From the IMG/VR virus record IMGVR_UViG_2778261464_000013: DNA of 24,954 bases; one strand, 5' to 3'. How positions within the stretch are numbered: position 1 is the stretch's first letter; the number at the start of each line of letters is the position of its first letter. Source of the DNA: a virus (taxonomy: Duplodnaviria; Heunggongvirae; Uroviricota; Caudoviricetes). The notes beneath the pieces are model-generated. The model made no database searches, was not told the DNA's origin, and was given only the letters and a program-made list of their open reading frames with translations. Position numbers and translations under genes: made by a program. Below are positions 1 to 8,657 of this stretch, in pieces.

Positions 1-318
1 CTACCTGGTTGTATTATCAGGGTAATCACCCGGAGCTGTGATTTCTTTTGATTCTCCTGTTTCGGTGCTAAAGACGATTTCACCGCGATGGTCTGGCACA
101 TATTCCCATGAGTTAAAATCTGCAGATCGGCAGATTGCATAACCAGCTTTGTAGGTGCCTGGAGCATCTAAACAGGAATATGCCGGAATGCCGACACCAA
201 CAGCAAGATATTCAGTTGAAGCTGAAATATACTCCCGACTCATGACGTCAAAGTTATAAACAGTAATTTCTCCTGCCATAGTGGCAATTAATTCACTGTT
301 TAATTCTGCGTTATTCAT
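1..318 (-). CDS. G: Tail fibre assembly protein (gpG-like), N-terminal part only; the C-terminus lies beyond the window start
   Basis: ORF starts with ATG at 318..316, which overlaps the stop of the upstream tail-fibre gene. Its position directly downstream of H matches P2 gene order. The ORF runs off the window edge. Confidence 0.6.
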   Translation of the reverse strand: MNNAELNSELIATMAGEITVYNFDVMSREYISASTEYLAVGVGIPAYSCLDAPGTYKAGYAICRSADFNSWEYVPDHRGEIVFSTETGESKEITAPGDYPDNTTR

Positions 319-1859
319 TATGCAGCCCTCACAATATAGTTAAAAGCGACATTTCGTGGGCGTGTTTCATTCGCACCTGCAGGTTTAGTCGTTGCCGCAA
401 CAACACCACCCTCTGTAATAGCCGGGTTGGGAATTGGGTAATTATCGAAGTCAATGGCTGGAGACAGGGGCGTGATTTGTTTTAAAATCGTGGTGCCTGT
501 AAAACTTTCCAGAGTCTGGTCGTTAGTTCGTGAAGTCCAGATTCCCCAATAGTGGTTATGACTGACAATCGCACCGTCCTGAAGCGTTAATAATCCCCTT
601 CCGTTATCCACTCCACGTCCGTCATCCCAGCCACGAATAAATTCACCGCGTAAATCAGGCAATTTATTTGTCGGATAAGCCTTTGCCAGTTCCGGGTATT
701 CTTCAGCAGAAAAAGCTGCTCCGTTGCATTTCAGCCAGCCTGTCGGCGGAGTGGCGGAAGGCCACGGAACAGGCACACCAACAGGTAATGCAGAGCCTTC
801 TCCCAAACCAAGGTATGCGAGAAGACCAGCCACATCCTTTCCACTCAAATTGGTAAGCGTATTGTCCAGCGGTTGTTTACCTGCCAGCGCATTAAGCATT
901 GTCGTGGCAAAGTTCGGATCATTCCCCAGTGCCGCCGCCAGTTCGTTCAGTGTATCCAGTGCCGCAGGTGCAGAACCCACCATTGCCGCAATCGCCGATT
1001 TCACAAAAGCCGTAGTGGCAATCTGTGTATTGTTGACCGACTGCGCCGCCGTGGGGGCTGTTGGCGTTCCGGTGAGTGCCGGACTCGACAGCGGCGCTTT
1101 CAGTGCCAGCGCATTGTTAATGGTGGTACTGAATTTCGGGTCATTGTTAATGGCTGCGGCTATTTCTTTCAGCGTGTCCAGCGTGGCTGGCGCACCATTA
1201 ATCAGGGCCGTCAGTGCCGCCTGAACAAATGCGGTGGTCGCAAGCTGAGTGGTATTATTCCCCGCCGCTGGCGTTGGCGCTTTGGGGGTTCCGGTAAATG
1301 TCGGACTTTCTTTGGGTGCATACTGTGAATGCGGGTCCAGTGCGGCAAGATGTTTTGCTATCAGGTCATCCACGTACACCTTCAGCTCCAGTGCCTTGTC
1401 ATCCACATACTTGCGGGTTGCCAGCACTACAGCAGGGTCGATTTTCAGGATGATATTGTCCGTACTGCTGGTAATCAGCACCATGCGCACGGTCTGGGTA
1501 CGCCCACTGCCTTCAGCCAGTTGCGGCTTATAGCTTTCCGGGCAGTTACCCACGGCAATCAATGCCCCGGACTCATCAAACAAGCCCACTTCACGTATCC
1601 ACCAACCGCCCTCGTTTTCAGGGATCACCTGTTCAGCAATAATCTGGCTGCTGTTCTGCGGGTCGATATAGAGCATATTCAGCGCAGCCCGGCGTTTCTC
1701 ATTTACCAGTGCTGTCTGCTTTGCGTCCGGCGTTGGTAATGTTCCGCCGCCATCGCCGACCGCCATATGGGTAATTTTTAAAGGCACACCGAGCGCGGCG
1801 GCGCTGGCAAGTTTCGCCGCGCCAATATCCGTCAGCAGGGTATAAAATTTTGTGCTCAT
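318..1859 (-). CDS. H: Tail fibre protein (gpH-like) with conserved N-terminal shaft-attachment region, internal tandem repeats and a C-terminal collar-type receptor-binding region
   Basis: 513-aa ORF. The N-terminus (MSTKFYTLLTDIGAAKLA...) is typical of P2-family gpH. The C-terminus contains LPDLRGEFIRGWDDGRGVD, which resembles the phage tail collar motif. ATG at 1859..1857. Confidence 0.85.
   Translation of the reverse strand: MSTKFYTLLTDIGAAKLASAAALGVPLKITHMAVGDGGGTLPTPDAKQTALVNEKRRAALNMLYIDPQNSSQIIAEQVIPENEGGWWIREVGLFDESGALIAVGNCPESYKPQLAEGSGRTQTVRMVLITSSTDNIILKIDPAVVLATRKYVDDKALELKVYVDDLIAKHLAALDPHSQYAPKESPTFTGTPKAPTPAAGNNTTQLATTAFVQAALTALINGAPATLDTLKEIAAAINNDPKFSTTINNALALKAPLSSPALTGTPTAPTAAQSVNNTQIATTAFVKSAIAAMVGSAPAALDTLNELAAALGNDPNFATTMLNALAGKQPLDNTLTNLSGKDVAGLLAYLGLGEGSALPVGVPVPWPSATPPTGWLKCNGAAFSAEEYPELAKAYPTNKLPDLRGEFIRGWDDGRGVDNGRGLLTLQDGAIVSHNHYWGIWTSRTNDQTLESFTGTTILKQITPLSPAIDFDNYPIPNPAITEGGVVAATTKPAGANETRPRNVAFNYIVRAA
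881..1324 (-). repeat. Tandem duplication of about 222 nt (74 codons) inside the tail-fibre gene
   Basis: Two adjacent nucleotide copies, e.g. gccagcgcatt at about 883 and about 1105. They encode repeated protein blocks of the form TGTP.APT....N.TQ.ATTAFV...A......AP..LDTL.E.AAA..NDP.F.TT..NALA.K. Confidence 0.75.
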
Positions 1860-2461
1860 GGATTCACTCTCATTGTGTCAATAACATGGACCGCCCCGCC
1901 TTCATGCGCGGTGCCGCCGGAAATAATTGTTTCGTTGATATACGGATAGATCGTGATTTCTTCGCCAAGATAACTGGCGGCTCCCACCCAATGCGGGCCG
2001 CTGGTCTGCAGATTGATGGACATGCCGATCATGTGACGGCTACATGGTTTGGCATCGCTTATCAGTCGCTCAAGTTCCAGATAGGTATCTTCAGTGATGC
2101 CCTGATCCTGCACGCCGATATCCAGGCGAAACGTGCCTGGTGTTTCTCCGGTCTGCCACCACTCAATAATGCGGATCAGAAAGCCGAACGGCTCCACCAC
2201 CCGCCGCACGGCACTGGTGGTTCCTTTATGCTGATGAATATAAAAAGCATCCTTCACCACCTGGCGTTTGACACTTTCAGTCCAGCCCTCATCCCAGCGA
2301 TCCACAGAGAACGCCCAGGCGAGATAAGGCAGGAAACTGACCGGACAGGTCGTCGGATCCCACAGGTCACGCAGCGGCACCTGCAAATCAGAAATCCCGC
2401 TGCACGCTTGCGCCAGTCGGCGCTCCAGTGAAGTTGAACCCGGTGGCAGCAGACTATTCAT
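1856..2461 (-). CDS. I: Baseplate assembly protein gpI
   Basis: 201-aa ORF between J and H. Its stop overlaps the H start and its start overlaps the J stop. Assignment by P2 gene order and sequence character. Confidence 0.75.
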   Translation of the reverse strand: MNSLLPPGSTSLERRLAQACSGISDLQVPLRDLWDPTTCPVSFLPYLAWAFSVDRWDEGWTESVKRQVVKDAFYIHQHKGTTSAVRRVVEPFGFLIRIIEWWQTGETPGTFRLDIGVQDQGITEDTYLELERLISDAKPCSRHMIGMSINLQTSGPHWVGAASYLGEEITIYPYINETIISGGTAHEGGAVHVIDTMRVNP

Positions 2462-3362
2462 CCGTTCCTCCGTTGGTTACGCTCCACTGCGTACATGATG
2501 CCGCCTGTGTTTTGTTCAGGACCACATCCGCCAGCGGCGAAGCCAGCTCCACACGCTGCACACCCTCAACATGCAGGGCGGCAAAGATGGCACTACGGCG
2601 AATATCCCGACCAAGCCGCGTCTGACTGGCGATGTACTTCTGCAGGCTGGCTTTTGCCGCTGCCATTACCGGCTCTGCTTCGGGCCCCGGATAGAGAAAA
2701 ATGGTGGCTTCCACGCGGTACGGGATGATTTCTGCGCTGCGAACCGTAAGACGGTCAGCCACCGGGCGGACGTTCTCACTGTTCAGGGCGTTCTCCACCA
2801 CATCCAGCAAGTCTTTTTCTGCTATTCCGTCGCCTTCGCGGCTAAGAACTGTCAGCACCACCTCTGCAGGTGCCGGACTGGTTGCACTGGCATCCGCTAC
2901 CCGACCGTCGGCGCTTCGGGCATGAAATTCATAAGCTGCAGTTGGCCCCGCAACAGAAAGCCCTTCAAAGGCTGCAGGCACACGCAGGCGTAACGCTTCA
3001 TCGCTTTCCATCACAGCTGCAACGGGCGGCACAGCATCATTATCAGCAGGCGTCACCGTCAGGCGTGTCACGTTGTAGTTGGCAGCGAGCTGGTCAAGAT
3101 CGCCGCCCATCGCGTAAGCCACCATCACCGCCTGCGCGGCTTCGTTAATGCGCTGGCGCAGAAGCAACTCACGGTAAGCGTTCTCCTGCAACAATTTAGT
3201 GACGGGTTCAGATTCCAGTTCCAGCGTGCGGATCACGGCTTCCTGCTCATCTTTCGGATGAAGCGCCACAAATTCTGCCTTGCGTTCGGCAAGCAGCGTC
3301 TCAAAGTCCGGCACATCCACAATCTGCGGTGCAGGCAACTGCGAAAGGTCAATCACTGCCAT
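2454..3362 (-). CDS. J: Baseplate protein gpJ
   Basis: ORF track gives 2454..3401. The start is placed at ATG 3362..3360 (MAVIDLSQLP...), preceded by AGGAG. This gives 302 aa and removes the overlap with W. Confidence 0.8.
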   Translation of the reverse strand: MAVIDLSQLPAPQIVDVPDFETLLAERKAEFVALHPKDEQEAVIRTLELESEPVTKLLQENAYRELLLRQRINEAAQAVMVAYAMGGDLDQLAANYNVTRLTVTPADNDAVPPVAAVMESDEALRLRVPAAFEGLSVAGPTAAYEFHARSADGRVADASATSPAPAEVVLTVLSREGDGIAEKDLLDVVENALNSENVRPVADRLTVRSAEIIPYRVEATIFLYPGPEAEPVMAAAKASLQKYIASQTRLGRDIRRSAIFAALHVEGVQRVELASPLADVVLNKTQAASCTQWSVTNGGTDE

Positions 3363-3708
3363 TCTCTGCTCCTGTTGATACGGAAAGGGAAACAGGCACA
3401 CCGTTATTCCGCCGCCCGGTCAGCTCCACCACCATTGAACCGTCAAAATTGCTGTGGATGGTGATGGAATCCAGCGTCAGCCGTGGCTCCCAGCGACTCA
3501 GCGCCACATACACTGCCGACATGACCTGCAGGCGTAATGCCGGATTTTGTGGCTGGTCTATCAGTGCCGACAGCAGGGAACCATATTCACGACGGGCAAT
3601 GCGACTACCCTGTGGTGTCAGCAGAATGTCCCGCACCGACTGGCGCAGATGGTCAATATCAGTAATGGCTTTGCCGCTGGTATTGTTCATCCCGCTATAA
3701 AGCGTCAT
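3349..3708 (-). CDS. W: Baseplate wedge protein gpW (GPW/gp25 family)
   Basis: 119-aa ORF. ATG at 3708..3706 overlaps the TGA stop of V (ATGA coupling). Position between V and J. Confidence 0.8.
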   Translation of the reverse strand: MTLYSGMNNTSGKAITDIDHLRQSVRDILLTPQGSRIARREYGSLLSALIDQPQNPALRLQVMSAVYVALSRWEPRLTLDSITIHSNFDGSMVVELTGRRNNGVPVSLSVSTGAENGSD

Positions 3709-4283
3709 ACCGGGCCTCCAGTTGTATCGCCGCCTTTCAGGACGCCAGTATGCTGATGCGCATCAACCACGATCCCGTTAGAACTCATCGCTCCGCCGCC
3801 CTGGGTAATGCCACCATTGATCACCACTTCACTGTTAATGCGCGTGCGGTCAGCCTCCAGTACAAACTCACTGGTTTTCATGGTGATGTTGTCAGCGGCC
3901 TCAATGACCATTGATTTGATGCCCCTGACATACCAGCGCCCGGTGGCGGGTTCGTATTCAAACCAGCCACCGTCAGGATGTTCTATCACGCAGGCGTCCG
4001 CCGACGTCGACGGTGGCGCGAACTGATTCGAATAGATGGCGGGTAACGCAAAGGCGGTTTCCAGATTGCCGCCCAGACTCAGCAGCACCACCTGCTCACC
4101 TTCCGATGGTCGCCACCATGTGCGGGCATTACCCGCGCGCAGCGTCAGCCAGTTAATCCAGTTGGTTTCAAGGTCGCCCGTTTTCACCCGACAAAGCCAG
4201 TTTCCCCGGTCCACTTCGGTGACTACACCTATGCGGATCAGATTGGTGATAAGGCGCATGATTTCGGTTAGTTGTGCGTTCAT
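3705..4283 (-). CDS. V: Baseplate spike/assembly protein gpV
   Basis: ATG at 4283..4281 (MNAQLTEIMRLITNL...), 192 aa. The longer ORF in the track (to 4526) begins with TTG and runs into AT-rich moron DNA, so that extension is rejected. Confidence 0.8.
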   Translation of the reverse strand: MNAQLTEIMRLITNLIRIGVVTEVDRGNWLCRVKTGDLETNWINWLTLRAGNARTWWRPSEGEQVVLLSLGGNLETAFALPAIYSNQFAPPSTSADACVIEHPDGGWFEYEPATGRWYVRGIKSMVIEAADNITMKTSEFVLEADRTRINSEVVINGGITQGGGAMSSNGIVVDAHQHTGVLKGGDTTGGPV

Positions 4284-4322
4284 AGATATATGATGACAGC
4301 TGAAAACTTGTTTATAACTTCT

Positions 4323-4350
4323 TGCAAATTGTGGTATCGATGGTACAAAT
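4323..4350 (+). promoter_or_regulatory. Candidate sigma70 promoter for the S-V moron (TTGCAA-N16-TACAAA)
   Basis: -35-like ttgcaa at 4323..4328 and -10-like tacaaa at 4345..4350, about 37 nt upstream of the ATG at 4387. The match is weak and it overlaps the dyad above. Confidence 0.25.
4330..4347. promoter_or_regulatory. TGT-N12-ACA dyad (tgtggtatcgatggtaca), candidate late-promoter activator (Ogr/B-type) site upstream of V
   Basis: On the V strand it reads TGTACCATCGATACCACA and sits about 46 nt upstream of the V start codon. It closely resembles the dyad upstream of gene P (TGTACCGACAACCACACA) at the same spacing. Confidence 0.4.
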
Positions 4351-4386
4351 TGATAAAAGGATAAAAAACAACCAATAGGTGGATAA

Positions 4387-5193
4387 ATGAGTGTTATGAA
4401 TCCAATAAGTTCTAATATATTTAATGCTGAATTTTTAAACACCCCGGCAGCGGCACTTGCCGCATGGATTTCCATTATTGGAGCTGTTATAACTTTGGTG
4501 ACGATAGTTATAAGAGCACTATTCAAATATAGAAAATCTCATGATGTAATTTTGAAAAAATCAGGAATACCTGCGTTTATATTAAATTTTTTTCTTATAC
4601 GAATATCATTAAAAAGGCTGCCTACTATCACATGGGCTGAAAAATCAATCACGGTTCTCTTTTCACTTCTTTTTTTGTGTGCAATTTATATTTTTGGTCC
4701 AGTTTTCATCCAAGCCATTAGAACCCCACCAAATAGCACATTGCTTTATTGGATAAAGTCCGGTGAATCATTTTATATGTCAAAAAAACTGGCGACTGCA
4801 GCTACAATATTAACCACTCCTGATTGGGAAATATCAAAGGATGATTGCGAAGAGTCATCCTCTGCCAGTACAGAGAAGTACAAATCATTAACTATCGAAC
4901 ATAAAGAAATTCTTTGTAAACTACTAACCACTGATGAAGGGAATGCTTACATTGATGAAGAAGTCAAGAATTTCGTTAAAGACAAATTCTTTATCTATTC
5001 CTTTGCCCCAACAACCATATTTATTCTAATATGGATTTCTTTGGGTTTTATACTGACCATTCACTATTCTAAAAAAGTTAGGAAATATATTCTGACTGAA
5101 CAAAAAAATGCAATTCATTGGGCATATGGTGAATTCAAGACAGAAGGAATCTATTCAATATATCAAGAGTTAGAACGTAAGACTCACCATTAA
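4387..5193 (+). CDS. Hypothetical membrane protein (about 3 predicted TM helices), AT-rich moron at the S-V junction (orf30-like position), opposite strand to the late genes
   Basis: 268-aa ORF with AGGTGG Shine-Dalgarno 5 nt before the ATG. About 22% GC by hand count on the first 50 nt, against a GC-rich flank. Hydrophobic segments AALAAWISIIGAVITLVTIVI, ITVLFSLLFLCAIYIFGPVFI and TIFILIWISLGFILTI. Confidence 0.6.
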   Translation: MSVMNPISSNIFNAEFLNTPAAALAAWISIIGAVITLVTIVIRALFKYRKSHDVILKKSGIPAFILNFFLIRISLKRLPTITWAEKSITVLFSLLFLCAIYIFGPVFIQAIRTPPNSTLLYWIKSGESFYMSKKLATAATILTTPDWEISKDDCEESSSASTEKYKSLTIEHKEILCKLLTTDEGNAYIDEEVKNFVKDKFFIYSFAPTTIFILIWISLGFILTIHYSKKVRKYILTEQKNAIHWAYGEFKTEGIYSIYQELERKTHH

Positions 5194-5581
5194 GACCCAA
5201 CAAACGACGCTCTGCATAACGGACCTCAGGTCCTTTGCGACTGACGCGATCACGCAGGCCGTAGTGATGAACGCGGGCAATGCGCTGCACCTTGCCTTCA
5301 AACTGCACGCTGGCAGAGTCGGCGCTGGCGGCAGTTTTCAGGTATTTTGTGGTGCGCAGCTTCGCAAACATCTGACGTTTGATGCGCCCCTTTTTGCTGC
5401 GTGCTGTTACCCTGCGCGGCTCATAACTGCTGCCATCTGGATTGCGCTGCATCCTGATGTTCTGCTGCTGTGTCCGGCGCAGTTCCTGCGCCAGCTGGCG
5501 CATCATGCGGCTTCTTGCGGCTGGCTCCAGATTCGCCAATAATGCACTCAGCCAGTCGTCCACCTTCTGCAGTTCAGCCAC
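5135..5581 (-). CDS. S: Tail completion protein gpS
   Basis: 148-aa ORF with the VHHYG-type motif of the phage virion morphogenesis (S) family. Position downstream of R. Its 3' end overlaps the convergent moron ORF by 59 nt. Confidence 0.75.
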   Translation of the reverse strand: MAELQKVDDWLSALLANLEPAARSRMMRQLAQELRRTQQQNIRMQRNPDGSSYEPRRVTARSKKGRIKRQMFAKLRTTKYLKTAASADSASVQFEGKVQRIARVHHYGLRDRVSRKGPEVRYAERRLLGLNGESYVLTLDILNRFLLS

Positions 5582-6026
5582 GTTTCACCGTCCACATTTC
5601 TTCAGGTTCATCAGGTTCCGCTACCGCTTCAACGTTCGACACACTGCCGTCAGTGCTGACCAGCACACGCTCCGTCAGTTGCAGGTTAAGGCTGATATCA
5701 CAGACATCGTTGCGCAGAATATCCACCTCAAAGGTGAATAGCTTTTCCCGTAACGCCGGGTTATTGATGGCATCGGGCTGGTTATCCCGCAACCACAGCA
5801 AAACCGGGGCCATCAGCAGATTCTGGTCGCCGCTGAAATCCTCAATCACCACGTTCAGGGTGTAGCGGTACTCCCATGACATGGAGCTGGCCCCCGTGGC
5901 AACCAGCGAACCGTTATCCACAAACAGATGCAGTTTGTCCGGGTTATTGCGGACATAAGGCACCGCTTTATTGAGGGCGTGGCGCAGGGATTGTGGTTTG
6001 TTCACTGTTTCGCTCCTGACAAGCAA
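5574..6026 (-). CDS. R: Tail completion protein gpR
   Basis: 150-aa ORF. Position and sequence character match P2 gpR (FVDNGS...YTLNV...LRDNQPD). Confidence 0.75.
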   Translation of the reverse strand: MLVRSETVNKPQSLRHALNKAVPYVRNNPDKLHLFVDNGSLVATGASSMSWEYRYTLNVVIEDFSGDQNLLMAPVLLWLRDNQPDAINNPALREKLFTFEVDILRNDVCDISLNLQLTERVLVSTDGSVSNVEAVAEPDEPEEMWTVKRG

Positions 6027-6258
6027 TAATCATATCCACTTTGTCTGCACAGACCGCCCAGGCGGCCTCCGTTTCATCCAGCAACGCGTTCAGATCACCG
6101 TTAGTGCGCGGCGTTGCCTGATCCAGCCGACACGGCGTCACTCGCGGACAACCACTGACGGTAAGCTGCACCTCCGGTGAGTGTCGGACGTTCCCGCAGC
6201 CGGATAATGTCAGCAGGCAAAGGAATATCAGCCCAGCGGCGTAAATCCTCGTTCTCAC
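5968..6258 (-). CDS. lysC: o-spanin (Rz1/LysC-like outer-membrane lipoprotein)
   Basis: 96-aa ORF that starts inside the i-spanin gene in another frame and extends past its stop. Signal peptide with lipobox LTLSGC. Confidence 0.6.
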   Translation of the reverse strand: MRTRIYAAGLIFLCLLTLSGCGNVRHSPEVQLTVSGCPRVTPCRLDQATPRTNGDLNALLDETEAAWAVCADKVDMIIACQERNSEQTTIPAPRPQ

Positions 6259-6529
6259 GTTTCAGTTCCTCGATCCGGTGTTGTCGTTGTCTCAGCAGCG
6301 CGCTGGTCTGTTCTGATTCGGCATAGAGCCGCGCCTGCTCCCGGTTGTTGGTTTCAGCCAGAATGGACAGACTGATCAACTGGCTATTTTTCTTCGTTAG
6401 TTCCTGCGCTTTACTTTCTAGCGCCGCGCGCTGCGTTTCGATGGTGTGGCTGGCGCTGTTAAGCCGCCACGACTGCCAGCCCAGCGCAACGAGTATCAGC
6501 GCCACCACTACTGCCAGCGCACGCGTCAT
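6101..6529 (-). CDS. lysB: i-spanin (Rz/LysB-like)
   Basis: 142-aa ORF with an N-terminal TM helix (ALAVVVALILVALGW) followed by a charged coiled-coil region. Immediately downstream of the endolysin. Confidence 0.7.
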   Translation of the reverse strand: MTRALAVVVALILVALGWQSWRLNSASHTIETQRAALESKAQELTKKNSQLISLSILAETNNREQARLYAESEQTSALLRQRQHRIEELKRENEDLRRWADIPLPADIIRLRERPTLTGGAAYRQWLSASDAVSAGSGNAAH

Positions 6530-7041
6530 AGTCCAGCTCCTTTAAGGCACCAGGCCATCTCCCGCGCACGGCGGTTATCCAGCCCCTGATTAAAAACACC
6601 TTTTACATACACCCAGCGCGGCAACTGTCGGCACGCATCTGCCCAGCGCCGCTGATTGAGTAATTTCACCAGTGTGGAACTGCAGGCATTGCCCGTTCCC
6701 ACGTTGAAGGCAAACGACACCACCGAGTCATACACCTTCTGCGGCGGCTGTTGCTTCACACATCTTTCCAGCGCCCGCTCCACACGTAGCACGTTGGAGA
6801 TCAGCCCTTCCGCTGCCTGTCGTTCCGTAATAGTTTTGCCTGGAATGACGCCAGATGTATTACCAATGCCGTCGGTCCAGACACCCGCGCTGCACTGATA
6901 CGGCTGCAGACGACAGCCTTCGTAATCGGCAATCAGTTTCAGCCCCTCCACGGAGGTGTGAAGCTGCTGAAAACCCGGCAGCGTGGCAGCAATAGCCAGC
7001 ACGGCCCCGACAAGACAGCGTTTAACGATTGATGGATTCAT
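6526..7041 (-). CDS. Endolysin, lysozyme (T4-lysozyme/GH24-like) with an N-terminal signal-anchor-release (SAR) domain
   Basis: 171 aa. Weakly hydrophobic N-terminus (VGAVLAIAATLPGF) followed by a lysozyme catalytic region (DYEG...GVWTDGIGNT). Confidence 0.8.
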   Translation of the reverse strand: MNPSIVKRCLVGAVLAIAATLPGFQQLHTSVEGLKLIADYEGCRLQPYQCSAGVWTDGIGNTSGVIPGKTITERQAAEGLISNVLRVERALERCVKQQPPQKVYDSVVSFAFNVGTGNACSSTLVKLLNQRRWADACRQLPRWVYVKGVFNQGLDNRRAREMAWCLKGAGL

Positions 7042-7237
7042 AGTCCTCCCGCGAGATCTGCCCGTCGCGCAGAAGCTGGTAGGCTTTGTGTTTGTAGTAC
7101 CAGTTGATAGCCAGCATCAGCACACCAATCATCAGGCCGCCCAGCGTTGAGGCATCCTTGATGGACAAATCGCCCAGCCAGGCCAGCACAACGGCGATGC
7201 AGTACGTGATAAAGGCGCTGATTCGCTCAAGCGTCAT
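7022..7237 (-). CDS. Holin (small two-TM, pinholin-like)
   Basis: 71 aa with two hydrophobic segments and a charged C-terminus, immediately upstream of and overlapping the SAR endolysin gene. Confidence 0.65.
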   Translation of the reverse strand: MTLERISAFITYCIAVVLAWLGDLSIKDASTLGGLMIGVLMLAINWYYKHKAYQLLRDGQISREDYESINR

Positions 7238-7240
7238 AAT

Positions 7241-7444
7241 TCAGTCCCATAGCTGGACGGTCTGCACGGTGGTGGTTGTCGGAATGTCCGGCAGCTCCAC
7301 CTGCAGTCCGTGAGGTAAAAAGGGGCCGTATTCGGCAAGCCCCGGATTTGCCTTCAGTACCTGCTCCGTGACACCCTGCGTGCGCCCGTAATGACGCCAG
7401 CAAAGTGCATCCACCGTGTCATACTGATGCGCTCGCACTTTCAT
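7241..7444 (-). CDS. X: Tail protein X (gpX)
   Basis: 67-aa ORF between L and the holin. Position and size match P2 gpX. Confidence 0.75.
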   Translation of the reverse strand: MKVRAHQYDTVDALCWRHYGRTQGVTEQVLKANPGLAEYGPFLPHGLQVELPDIPTTTTVQTVQLWD

Positions 7445-7908
7445 CAGATAAGCTCCACTGTGCAGTGCGGCGCGTCCTGCACCCGGCTGATGGCCCAGCG
7501 GGCGTCACGCCACAAATCACCGCTGGCTTCCGCCAGTTCCTCGCCTCGCTTCACACCGGATGCCGTGGCGTCATAGTCCTGGTAACGTTCGTTGAGCATG
7601 GCGCGTGCCCAGCAGTAAACCGCGTTGAAATAGTGCTGAACGCGCTCACTTTTGCCGTCCAGCTGTTCCGCCGGAACCTCTGCCAGCGAGGCATACCCCA
7701 GCATCTGCTGGCATCTGCGAAACTCATACAGCTCTGCGTTGACCTCCGAAATTGCCGACAGCGCAACCTGCTTTAAACGCGGCTGCGTCACCGTACCGTC
7801 AGTGCGCATCACACTGCGGAACTCCGACAGGTCCACATCAGGCCAGAACGGCGTATTCCTGATGATTTCCGCCTGTTCCGGTGCCTGTTCTGGCGCAACA
7901 AACTTCAT
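7444..7908 (-). CDS. L: Capsid completion protein gpL
   Basis: Start placed at ATG 7908..7906 (MKFVAPEQ...), preceded by GGAGA. The track ORF begins at a GTG at 7971, which is an alternative start. Position after M. Confidence 0.7.
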   Translation of the reverse strand: MKFVAPEQAPEQAEIIRNTPFWPDVDLSEFRSVMRTDGTVTQPRLKQVALSAISEVNAELYEFRRCQQMLGYASLAEVPAEQLDGKSERVQHYFNAVYCWARAMLNERYQDYDATASGVKRGEELAEASGDLWRDARWAISRVQDAPHCTVELI

Positions 7909-8003
7909 GCTGCTTTCTCCTGAGATAGAGGGCGGTGGACGGGGTTTTGATGTGGCAGTGCCTTTCGCCACCCCGTGCCGCCCGTGCGCGGGGGCACGTT
8001 CTG

Positions 8004-8654
8004 TCAGCGGCTGTCATTGCGCAGTCTGCGCTCCAGCTGCTGTTTGTCTTTTTTCACGCCACAGCGGGGATCGAGCTGTAACGCATGGTTGAGATGATTA
8101 AGAGCAGACGCCGGATTGCTTTCACTCAGGACCGCGCCAATCGCTTTATGCAGACGCGCCCGTGACTGGTCCGGCATATCCAGACCGTCTGTCAGCTCCA
8201 GCGTCTGCAGCAACAGATCGGCATCAAACCCGGTGGCGGCAAGCATTGCACTCTGGGCTGCGTCTGCCATTTCCTCTGCCAGCACGGTCTGCACGTTGCG
8301 GTTACCCAGCGGCATCACCCAGCCATGACGCAGGGCATGACGCCCGATCTCCAGCGCCCCGGCATAATCTCCGGCATCAATGCGCCACAGCATCACGTAC
8401 ATCAGCACGTCATCCTGTTGAGCGCCTCCGGCAGCCAGGACACCCTCCGCCCAGGCGGCGTACTTCGGCAGCAGCTCCACCTTGATTTCCGCTTTTTTGA
8501 CCGTGGACTGAACGCCCTTGAGACGGCGGCGGTCTTCCGCCAGTTGCAGCAGCATCAGGTCATAGCCCGACGCGTGGCGAACGCTGCCGCCCTCACGGGC
8601 GGCCTGTTCAGCCTGAACGCGCAGGCGATGCTGCCGTGCGGGACTCAGGCTCAT
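8004..8654 (-). CDS. M: Terminase endonuclease/small subunit gpM
   Basis: 216-aa ORF immediately downstream of the capsid gene. P2 gene order. Confidence 0.75.
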   Translation of the reverse strand: MSLSPARQHRLRVQAEQAAREGGSVRHASGYDLMLLQLAEDRRRLKGVQSTVKKAEIKVELLPKYAAWAEGVLAAGGAQQDDVLMYVMLWRIDAGDYAGALEIGRHALRHGWVMPLGNRNVQTVLAEEMADAAQSAMLAATGFDADLLLQTLELTDGLDMPDQSRARLHKAIGAVLSESNPASALNHLNHALQLDPRCGVKKDKQQLERRLRNDSR

Positions 8655-8657
8655 GGA

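Noticed and set aside
724-1739. Plus-strand ORFs (166, 151, 94 and 136 aa) inside the tail-fibre gene
   Set aside because: They are antisense to a well-supported gene. The open frames are a by-product of the GC-rich repetitive sequence and give low-complexity Ala/Ser/Arg/Cys-rich translations.
1850-3756. Several plus-strand ORFs (193, 140, 123, 92 aa and others) across the I/J/W genes
   Set aside because: All are antisense to the contiguous, translationally coupled baseplate genes and are most likely spurious.
4284-4526. N-terminal extension of the V ORF in the track (3705..4526, 273 aa)
   Set aside because: The extension begins with a TTG, runs through AT-rich moron DNA and overlaps the oppositely oriented moron gene. 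The conserved V protein begins at the ATG at 4283 (MNAQLTEIM...).
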